Shown: piece after piece, positions 1 to 11,700 of the stretch | How the letters are laid out: each line of letters begins with the position of its first letter | How positions within the stretch are numbered: the first letter of the stretch is position 1 | Notes under the pieces: generated by a model | Told to the model about the DNA's origin: nothing | What the model saw: the letters and a program-made list of their open reading frames with translations, nothing else | Database searches by the model: none | Made by a program: the position numbers and the translations under genes | NCBI RefSeq assembly: GCF_001194135.2 | Contig: NC_068992.1 | Coordinates: 63,773,456 to 63,837,455, forward strand | Source: Octopus bimaculoides | Lineage: Eukaryota | DNA length: 64,000 nucleotides | Direction of reading: 5' to 3'

Positions 1-20
1 GTGTAGGGGGGGGGGATAGA

Positions 21-255
21 CAGACAGACTGAGAGAGAGAGAGACAGACTGAGAGAGAGAGAGACAGACTGAGAGAGAGAGAGACAGACTGAGAGAGAGA
101 GAGACAGACTGAGAGAGAGAGAGACAGACTGAGAGAGAGAGAGACAGACTGAGAGAGAGAGAGACAGACTGAGAGAGAGAGAGACAGACTGAGAGAGAGA
201 GAGAGAAAAAAAGAGAGAGAGAAAAACAGAGAGAAAAACAGAGAGAGACAGAGAG
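21..255. repeat. (GA)n/GACA compound microsatellite with 20-bp unit
   Basis: GAGAGAGAGAGAGACAGACT repeated about 8 times, then degenerate (GA)n. Confidence 0.95.
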
Positions 256-278
256 AGAGAAGATCAAGGAAGTGTCAC

Positions 279-453
279 CTTTAAATTCATCTGGGATTTC
301 TCCAAAATCAATTTCTGCTCGTTGCTTCTGCACAACAATTGCTTCGACTTTTTCTTGTAGTTTGCGAAATTGTTCAATATCTCGGTCAGTTTTGATACGA
401 GCTCTCTGTATTCTAGATATGGCATCATCGAACAATATTTTACGATAGGAACG
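279..453 (-). CDS. UBE4B: UBE4B exon (last in window, leads into U-box)
   Basis: ccag|CGT...AAA G|gtgaca; [58 protein letters not shown]; 175 nt, phase 0-1. Confidence 0.95.
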
Positions 454-3400
454 CTGGAAGAGAAACACTTTCAATTAAAGATAAATACCACACATATACA
501 CACACAGAACATAGCACACAAATCTCCCTCAAATTACACCCTTTTGTCTTAAAGCAAGAAGGACACACTCGAATGTGGGTACGAGATATACTGGACATTG
601 CTGTCTTGAGTCCCTAGACTCACAAGACAGGTTATCTGATCTCCACAGCATATAAGAGACCAAGATCACAACATTCCTCTTGAAGAGGCTGCCAGTTCAT
701 TGTAGAGTTATTCATTTATAATAGAATGGACTAAAGCAATATGAATGAAGTGTTTTGCACAATATATATATATATATATATGAAACGCCTGTGTTAGAAT
801 GGTGGCAGCTGATGAAGGAAAATGTTCTCTATGTGGCCTGTGTGTTCTGTACTCTCGTTATTATTACTTTTTTGTCTACGTTTTGTTTGCAACGTCCTGT
901 ACCCAGATATGCACCTATATATACAGGTAGATGTAGGTATGCATATACTCATTTATTATTTGTTTTATATATATATACACTGCCCAGGCAGGAATAGAAA
1001 CCATAATCTTGTAATCACAAGTCCAACACCCTATCCAGAAGGCCACATACCTTCCACACTAGATATACTGTGTCTGAATAAAAGCACACAGGATGGTCAT
1101 GTCCAGGATGTCTTAATCATAAGCCAGCTAGATCAAACCCGAGCCCAAAAGAACAACACGTTCCCCCATGATGCAGTTGACATTTTCTAAAGAAATTGAC
1201 TAAAATCAGGAAAATTTCCAAACTTTCTCTCAGGATTGAAATCCTGACCACATGGTCTCTAGTTTAAACTTTCAAATCCTTTCATGAAGGTTACATAACC
1301 CTGCTAGCTCTAGTTTACATTGTATTGAGTATCTTAGTGGTATAAGTAGGGAACATTAAGTCACAGAAACAATTACTTCAAGTAATCTAACCATACCATG
1401 CAAGCTACTAGTAAGGGGAGATAATTACAATGGAATTATTTGTACACCGTAAGACTTGTTAAAGTTATCTCTCCAGATATTTTATAGAAATTATAGCCAG
1501 CACTGACTTTTGTTATGATGTTTCAGATCCAAGATGTCAGATGTAAACAAAAAATGGGATTGAAGATGAAAAATGGCAATGGGCGTATATGTCACATTTT
1601 GGGAGTTTTTGCTCCCTCATCAACACCTAATAAACACATTCCTTTATTATCCATGAACAGGTTACTTAAATAGCCACTAAATACAGCAGTGTAACATTAT
1701 TAAATATGCCAATTTCACATAATAAACACACTCCTGGAAAGTGGTTCGTAATATATAACATAATATCAATAATGTAAAGAGACTTGTTATGATAGTCAGG
1801 ATGGAGGGTCAGAATGGTTTGCACTGTAGGACTGCTGCTCAAAAGGGATGTAACAGCAACAACAATAACAAGTGTTCTATGCCACTAGCCATCCATAAAA
1901 CCTCTACATCAGTGGTTCTCAGCCATTCTTTTACCTTTAGCCTACTTTGGTTATTATTTTATTTTGGTGGAACGCCAGGAAACTAGTCTTATAAATGCTA
2001 CTTTTAAAATTCCCATTTTGTATTTTACATGTTCACTTGTATACATGTTTGCAAGAGCACTCTCTGAGTGAACATGTTTCAGTGGTCAGAAACATGTAAA
2101 ACACAAGAGAGAAAAAAATACAGTAATTCCTCACCATATCACAGTTTATTATTTAAGCTCCATGGTGTTGCTTTGCATTTATAATAAAATAAATATATAC
2201 AAAAACAATTGCAGTGTGAAAGGTGTTTATAAGCCATTTAAGAAACACACAGAAACCGTTAGATTTTCTTCAACATTTAAATTTAATTTGCCAAAATATT
2301 TTTGTCACTTTGAGACCGAGCAAAGAAAATACTTTGGCAAATTAATTAAATTTAGATGTTGAAGTGAATCTAACGGTTTTAATGTGTTTTTAAATGGCTT
2401 ATAAACACCTTCCATGCTGCAATTGTTTTCGTTCCAGCACACAATCTCAGATCAGGTCACTTGCTACGCAAGTACATCTCCGAAATATATACAAATTATA
2501 GAAATAATTTTTAAAAATATACAGTACAGTTTCTACTTTGCAGATTTTCACCTATCACAAGGGCTTTTGGAATGTAACACCTGCGATAGTCAAGGGATTA
2601 CTGTATAGCTGTTTCTTGCAATAAATATATTATAAGTAAAATTTATTCATAGACCCTTAAAATATTATTGTGGATCCCCAATTTACTATTTTGCTCACCA
2701 AAAATCTAATAACAGAGCCCCTGGGGTCATATGAACTCCAAATGGGAACCACTGCTCTGCATTAATTATGGGCAACATGTGGCCTGCAGGATTTTCGGAA
2801 TGGTATGCCTAACAAAAAATTACTCTGAATTGCTTAGGTAGTGCAGCCCACCTGATGATGAGCCAAGTCTCATGTGGCCCACTTCTAAAACAAGGTTCCC
2901 AGTGCCTGATCTACATAGTCACTTGATTTGTAGAAATAGCTATCAAATCACCCTCTAACTTCTATGGAGGGGACAAGGAAGGACACAATGTAACTAGATA
3001 TATACCAATCAAAAAATTTAGAGAGAGAGAAAGAGAATATCACACCATGAGCCATCTAGGAAGCAACTTTGTAATAGTGTAACCTGCAAGAAATAACGGC
3101 TAAATTTTGACTCAAAGAATGCACTACCTTCATTTAAAAAAAAAAGATATTGGATAATGTAGACATAGACATATTAAGATGGTATGGTCATAGATCAAGT
3201 GAACTGAGATCAAACTGGTGATAAAGAACAACAACAATTAAAAAATAAATACTCTCTTCTAGACAGACAAGTAGAGAGGGACAAACAGACAGACAGACAG
3301 ACAAGGAGAGAGGGACAAACAGACAGACAGACAAGCAGAGAGAGACAGACAGACAGACAAGCAGAGAGGGACAAACAGACAGACAGACAGACAAGCAGAG

Positions 3401-5696
3401 AGAGACATACAGACAGACAAGCAGAGAGATACAGACAGACAAGCAGAGTGGGACAGACAGACAGACAAGCAGAGAGGGACAGACAGACAGACAAGCAGAG
3501 ACGGACAGACTGAGAAGCAGAGAAGGACAGACATACAAGCAGAGATGGACAGACGGACAGACAGACATATGGACAGAGAGGGCCAGAGAGAGATTGCTTA
3601 CCTCATCATTAGCAATAGCTGCTGCAAATTCATCACTTGAATCTAAGTGAAGATATATATCAGTCAGCCTATCAAGTAACTTTTTAGGTTCCCAGCCATA
3701 TTTGTCAGGATTTTTCACTTTCAAGTTTTTACATTTGGAGCCACACAGTTGCTGGAGGTTGAAGTTCAACATAGCTGCAAGTCTGTCTGCTAATTCCTAG
3801 TTTAATATAAATAACGAGTTTAATAATCATTGAAATGGTTCACAGCATAGTTATAGTTTGTCATCAGCTCTTTAAAAACTAACAAACAATAAGCTTCCTT
3901 GAAAAAGCAAAACTAATGACAATATCTACTGGTATTGATATACACAAGATCAAAAGAGAGTTTCAAACAACAGATTTTTCTTTAAGAGATGAGGAATTAT
4001 GTACATTATTTACATTCGACGGATATTTGTCCTCATCTTGTTTGTTGTTAACACAACGTTTCGGTTGATGTACCCTCCAGCCTTCTTCAGGTGTCTTGGG
4101 GAAATTTCAAACCTGGGTTCTCATTCTTAAGGTATTTTTTTCGATGTTATTATAGTAGCCTGTGCTCTTAACCACTATGCCATATGCCCGTGGGCATATG
4201 GCATAGTGGCTAAGAGCACGGGCTACTAACCTCGAGATTCCAAGTTCAATTCCTAGCAGTGACCTGAACAGATGTCTCTTTGTTTTAAACTTTTTACTGC
4301 AGAAATCAGATCTGGCTGCTCCAAATACCTCTACCTTTAACTGGGGTAAGCAGGTTTATATACCAACCAGTTTATAAAGCTGTGAGGACACTCAGCAAAA
4401 TGGTTATCAGGAAGAGTATCTAGCCATAGAAACCATATCAAAGCACATACTGGAGCACAGGGCATGTAGGTTCCTGTCAAACCATCTGTATTTATTTATT
4501 TATTTTTATTTATTTATGTGTTTCAGCCAAGTGGCTGCAGTCATGCTGGTGCACCACCGTGTATGTATATATAATAAAGGGAGAGGAATTTCACTTGAGT
4601 TTACGCTATATCTGTAGCATACACTCAAGTGAAATTCCTCTCCCCTTTATTATATATACATTCGAATGTAGCAGATAACAGCTGGCCCTTGGCAGCTATT
4701 TGGACCCCATTGTGTCCACTACTCTGATTGGTTGGTATTGGCTACACATCCAACTGATACCAGCATGAAAAACACATTAAATGATGATGATGATGATGTG
4801 TGTGTGTTTCTCAAAATGTCACGAGTGACAAGCATTGATGCTGTCACCATTTTCCCTGTCAACAAATCATTTATTGCTTTCGCATCCTTGAGTTATGAGA
4901 AATAAGAGATCCCTCACTTGAAAAACAAGTAAAGATTAGCAAAAGGAAGGACATCCAGCTGTAAAACAACGCCTCAATAATACATTCATCAAACCCATGC
5001 TAGCATGAAAAAACAGAAGTAAAAACAAAATGTCAGTCACTGGAGCATAAAGGAACTCATACAGAACAAAGTACTCGATTTTTTTACTTTATTCAAAGTA
5101 CTAATACTTGTTTGTTCTGCGCTGATACATGTGTACACACACACACACATGTACATCCAAAGGGACTGACAGTTTCTGTCTACCAAATTTTACTTTAAGT
5201 TTTGTTCAACCCAACATCATAGAAGACAAAAAATGGCAAAAATAAAAAAAAAATTCCTGGAACTCTTGAAATCAGTGTTTCTTTAACAAATAAAGAACTA
5301 ATGTAAAAGAATAACTTACAGGCATGAGAAATGGTCCAATGATTTGTTCGGTGAGATAATGAAACATTTCCACAGTCTCTGTTGCTAAAGTGAGGTAGGA
5401 CTTGCACTGTCGTTCGTCCATAGAAAGCTGCCTCTGACGAGAATTTTGCTCCTCCTGAGAAGAAAAGAAACACAAATATCATTTCAATGAGGGGTTCATA
5501 GAAAAAGCTTTACAGAGATATTGCTTAAAAATTAATTGTTTAATTATCAAGAAGAGTGCATAAAAGTGGGTAATGGTTGGCTGTTCTGGATTGGCAAGAA
5601 ACCATGCCAGAGCACACATTGGAGCCCGGGGCATATAGGTTCCTGTCAAACCATCCAACTGATACCAGCATGAAAAACACATTAAATGATGATGGA

Positions 5697-5730
<34 letters not shown>

Positions 5731-8700
5731 ACATAAGTGTTTCTCAAAATGTCACGATCGACTGAGATCAATAAGAAATACTGGTTTCAAATTCCAGCAC
5801 AAGGCCAGCAATTTCAGTAGAGAGGGCAAGTCAATTACACTGACCCCAGTACTCAAATGGCATTTATTCTATCAACCTGGAAAGGATGACAGGCAAAGTC
5901 AACCTCGGTGCATTTGAAGCCAAAAGTTAAAGACAGACAAAATGCCTGGTGGGCTAACAATTTTGCCAGTCCCTCTTAGATTGACGTAAAATATTTTTTA
6001 AAAAAGGTTCAAAACAAAGAACAAGAAATGGGACAACATTATAATATCAAGCCATTCAGAAGAGGATGGGTTTCTTAATCTTTTTGTAAAACAGTTACCT
6101 TCTCTGGTCATGCTGACTCATTAGGGCCCTCTTTTCCTGGTTTCTATGGTGTATATATTTCCCACCTGGATGGGACGCCAGTCCCTTGCAAGATAACTTA
6201 CTTCAACCAGCTGAGTGGATGGGAGCAATGTGAATTGAAGTGTTTTACAGAAGAACACAATGCATCGCCCGGTCCAGGAATCGAAACCACAATCTTATGA
6301 TCATAAGTCCAACACCCTAACCATTAAGCCATGCATCTCCACAATCTTTATGAATACAGAACTAGCCTGGGGTTAAACAACAATGAGGAAGAGCACATTA
6401 AATAATGTAGACCAAGATACTTTTTTTTAAATAAAAGGTGTCGTAAAAAAAAAAGGGACCTGGTACACACTTATCAAGTAGGTGATGTCTGGAAGGGTCT
6501 CCAGCCGTAGAAACCATGCCAAAACAGAAATTGGGGCTCAAAGCAGTCCTCTGGCTTGGCGGATCCTGCCAAACCCTTCAACTCGTAACAGCATGAACTA
6601 CAGCTCCATGCTAGCACGGAAGGCAAACGTTAAACAATGGTGATCATGATCAGGTCTGGAACACTTTAACTTATAAGCTCTGCTGAATCAGAGCTAATCT
6701 GGGATTAAAACAACAACAGAGCAAACGACTAATGTTTAGGGAAAGTGACATAAGGTTAAAGATTTATGTGAAGCAGACTCCTGACCAATCACCAATCAAT
6801 ACTATGCTCCAAAGTACATTTGAACTATTACAGAATATGTTCTGTCTGTCTTGCACTGATAGTAGTGGTTGTCATAGCAATGGTGATGAGGATAGGGGTA
6901 ATGATGATGGTGGTGATGGGGTGGAGATGGGAGTGTTTGTGGTGGTGCTTGTGATGACAGTGGTGGTGGTGGTGGTGGTGGTGGTGGTCCTCATCAATAT
7001 GTTCATGGTTGTCATGGTGGTGCCAATGCTAGTGGTGATACGTACCCGTGACAAAGCATCCCATTCCGCTTCGTTATCCTGGAATTCTTGCATCTCGTGG
7101 ATCCGTTTTAAACAGTCCAAACTTTCATCGAGTAGGAATGTTGTATCGTTCATTAACATATTGACGAACTTCACAAATTGCTTTCCTTTCCTGTTAATAA
7201 ATTACAAAGATAGCAAAATAATCAAAACAACGGTTCAATTCATTAGCGAGAAACCTATCAAACTACATACAAATTGGTAGCTGAGAGGATCAAAGAAGTA
7301 CAGCTCACGCAGTTCTTCGATTCATCTCAATAAACCTTCCAAGAGCAGATCAATTAAGTGATATCTGACATTTCAAAATGTCATAAAATTCATTAAATAT
7401 ATTTAAATCCATTTTTTTGCTTTCAAATACCTTGGTACCACTGACATTCTCCTTTTCTACTGATCAACATTCAAATGTAAATTATGGAGCAGCAACTACA
7501 ACATCTACGATACTCTTAACAGTCATTGATTAGCAAAAGCTGATAATGAGTGGCATCACCTGATTTCTCACCGAGGAGCATAATTTGATGGAGTGAAAAT
7601 AAAAAATTGTGGAAAGTGAAAATGCCTGAGGGCTAAAATCTTGCTATATTTGATTACTAGAAAAATGCTAAATTTTCACTGAGATCAATCAAGGGCATTT
7701 ACTCCCTCAAGCCCCCTAAACTTCAAACATGAGGGTTAGGGTTGAAAATTTTTTACAATAGAGGAGTTTGTGGGGTTTGAGGGAGTAAATGCCCTTGATT
7801 GATCCTAGCATTTTTTATTTTTTATTTTCACTCCACCCTAACATACATATGGGTACACAGATTGTGTACTCTAGGGTGGAATGAAAATAAATTGTAGAAA
7901 TTGAAAATGCCTGAGGTCTAAAATCTTGCTGTATATTATTAGTAGAAAAATGCTAAATTTTTGCTTAGATCAGTCAAAGGGATTTACTCCCTGAAACCCG
8001 CCCAAACTCCGCTATTATAAAAAGTTTACAGAAATTCCCCCATTTTCGGAGTTTAGGGAACTTGTGGGAGTAAATGCCCTTGATTGATCCTAGCGAAAAT
8101 TTAGCATTTTTCTAGTAATCAAATATAGCAACATTTTAGCCCTCAGCCATTTTCAATTTCCACAATTTTTGTTTTCACTCCACCCTAATGTGCAATAACC
8201 TGATGCTCAACCATCATCATCATCATTGTTGTTTTAAGATCCACTTTTCTATGCTTGCATGGGTCAGATAGAATTTGTTGAAGATTTTCTACTGCTGGAT
8301 GCAGGGTAATATTTTCCCCATGACCTAGACATGTTTTCATGGAAGATGAGAAATGAAGGACACCACTTGCATGACAGCAACACTCATTCTGCATAAAGTC
8401 AAGGCAAGGAGACAGTGCATGCATGCATGCACATGTGCACACACTAGGCTTCTTTCAGTTTCCGTCCACCAAATCCATACACACACTAGGCTTCGTTCAG
8501 TTTCCGTCCAACAAATCTACACACACACACTGGGCTTCTTTCAGTTTCCGTCCACCAAATCCACTCTAAAGAATTTGGTTGGCTCAGGGTTACAGTAGAA
8601 GACACTTGCCCATGGCACAATACCAAGGGAGTGAACCTGGGACCATGTGGTTGGGAAGCAAACTCCTTACCACACAGCCACGCCTGTGCAATGATTAGCC

Positions 8701-11700
8701 TAATCTGACATTCACCAAGAGCCACAATCTCAGAGCTATTGAACAATAAAATCAAAACTCACTGAGCTTCTTCAATTATTTTCTTCTGGTGAGATGGAAT
8801 CATCCACATGGTTTTGAAAATAATACTAATATGATAACGTATCGTGAATTTATCATAGAATTCACTGCTAGCGCCAGTAGTTTCAATATCTGAAGGAAGG
8901 AACAAAAGAATAAAATTTAACCATTATGCAAGACACACTGACGAGACATTTGAAGCAATTAAAAACACACTTAAATAATCACTACATGTAAACAGACTAA
9001 TGAGAGCCAATGAGGGAATTTCTAAGGAGGCCACTCAACCTGCTAGAAATACCAACCAAATTTCTCTCACATCACATCCCACCATATATAAGCTTTTAAC
9101 TGAGAAATTAAATTTCATGGTTATTCCAGTAATGATGTTAAATATCTACTAAAAATAAAAATACAACTGGTGCTTTCTCCAAGTCACATTGCCTCATTAA
9201 ACTCGACATTTCTCAACAAAATGTAGCTTCAAGTATGACCACCACCACCACCACCATCATCATCATTATTATTTAACGTCCGTTTTCTATGCTGGCCTGG
9301 GTTGGATGGTTTGGCAGGAGCTGACCTACTGAAGGGCTGTTCAGGCTCCATATCTGTTTTGGCATAGTTTCTACAGCTGGATGCCCTTCCTAATGCCAAC
9401 CACTTTACAGTGTGTACTGAATGTTTTTACATAGCACTGGCATTAGTGCTGTTTTTTTATGTGGCACTGCTTTTTCAATAAAAAATAGATTGATACATAA
9501 AACTGCTTTGCACAGTTATGACCAATGAAATTTTTGAATGGCTGGATCTGATTTCTGCAGTAAAAGGGTTAGGAAAAGAAAAGTACACTGGACAATGTAG
9601 TTTTAAGACACACTGCCTAAATAAAAGATGGGACTGTCACATCTGGAATGCTTTTAATCATAGGTTTGCATGACATGGATTAAACTGAGGCTCAACAACA
9701 TACTTTCCTGTCTCCCATAATGTGTCCAACAGAATTGTAGAGGTCTCAACCATTCCAGAGTGGCAGGAATTCTACCTATAAGGGAGCATCTACATAATCA
9801 CTTAATCTGTTGGAAATAGTGGCCATGTCTCCCTCAAATCACACTATACCATCTTACAAAAAGGAGGGACAAATTGAATAGCACATTCCTAGACATAGTG
9901 TCTAAACAGAAGTAGGGATGGTCATGGCAGGAATGCTTTTGATTGTAGGTCTGCTTGAATAAGGATGATCTGTGACTAAACAACCATTTTTCCATAAGAC
10001 ATTTACGGTTTATAAAAGGACTGGTTAGTTAGGAGAAGAGGCAAGGGCTCGATATTTCTTCACTGATGCTTGCAGACCAGTGAGAGTAATGCAGTTTGAA
10101 GATCTGTAGGGATTAAGTGAGCAGGGAGGGAATTACTGCAAAGAGAGAGAAGGATCAGCTGAAGTGTGCAGTGTGGGATCTGGGAGTAGTAAAGGTAACT
10201 CACAGCAGGAGTACAGAGAAACACATAAAGTAACTCACAGCAAGAGTACCGAAAAAAGGGATAAGGTGAAAGGTCCTGGGTGGAGAGGGTGTGTTGGTAG
10301 CTAATTCAGAAGAGCAGAGGCCATTATAGTTAACAGTCATATAAACAGAGAGAAGCTACTGCCTGTCTATAAGCCAATGGTTGAAGGAGATGTTGGACAT
10401 GAACCATTGATAATTAGTCAAACAAAAGAGGGTCTGCAGTGTGTGTGTGTGTTTAGCAGTATCCACCCAATATAGTTGTGTGTAGCACCAAACAAGGACT
10501 GTGAGTCACATAGTTATGTGACAACAGTGACACATATCCTGATATGTGAGCAACATAACTGGGCATGAACATAACAGTAGCGCCTGGCACATAAAAAGCA
10601 TCATTCAAGTGTGGTCGATATCAGTGCTGCCTGACAGGCATGTAAAAAACACCCACTACACTCTCAGAGTGGTTGGCATTAGGGAGGGCATCCAACTGTA
10701 CAAACCTTGCCAGATCAGATTGGAACCTGGTGTGGCCTCTTGGCAAACCAGGCTTCAGTCAAACCGTCCAACCCATGCCAGCACGGAAAACGAACGTTAA
10801 ACGATGATGATGATGACAGTCATGTATACGTGTTGTAGAAGCACCTATCCAGGTATGTACTCATAGCTATATGTGTAGTAGCAACACCTACCAAGATATG
10901 TAAACAGAATAGTTGTGTAGTAGTACCAGGTGTATGTTGTAGTACAGCCAGCCATGGATGTGTATAATAGCAGGACCTATCCAGATATCTATTACACTGT
11001 GTAACACGATTTTTGTGCTTGGATAGCAACTGGTATTTTCTATTTGCTTACCCCTAGAAAGTATGAAAAAAATGGCTAATATTTCTTTCAAACTTTGCTT
11101 TTGTTATATTTATTCAAACCCCAAACAATCCTTCTTAACACGTGGCTATGATGCTCCCCTGTTCACGATCAGAGATGCCTATATTGTCAGCCACTAAGGG
11201 ACATGGGTAAGTGGTTAAGGTCAAGCAACTGACAAGCAAATCTGTGGTATTGAGCAGAATATTTACTATAATGATATTTCTGCTTCAGCATCTTAGCACT
11301 GAATCTGTCTGAAGTGTAATGGAAAATAGGTCAGTTTTGAAAACATTGATGTCCAGGTCACAAAAACATTTCCTTCGATTTCTAGATAGAAGCAAATAGG
11401 AAACAACACTTACTGACCAAAGACAAAATAAAAATTAAATTTTGTTACAGTGTTATAGTATAGTCAGGTACGCGAGTAGTAGGAACACCTACCCAGGTAT
11501 ATACTTTATCAAATAGCCATATGTGTGTAGTAGTAACACTTACCCAGATATGTAGTGTGGAACTATGTAATTGTGTAATAGCTGAACCTACCTGGGTGTA
11601 TATACAGATGTTATCGATCTAGTTTGGATTCTTTGCCATCAAATTTGAAGGCAAAGAATTCAAATTTGATGGCAAAGAATTCAAACTAGATCGAAAACAT

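Noticed and set aside
4192-4265. Possible functional tRNA gene (also 35653-35728)
   Set aside because: A and B boxes are present, but the acceptor stem does not pair (GGGCATA versus CAGTGACC) and the loop reads CT-ACT-AA. It is treated as a SINE head.
6732-7280. 182-aa plus-strand ORF
   Set aside because: It is antisense to UBE4B exon 7046-7190 plus a (GGT)n tract giving poly-Val; there is no independent gene signal.
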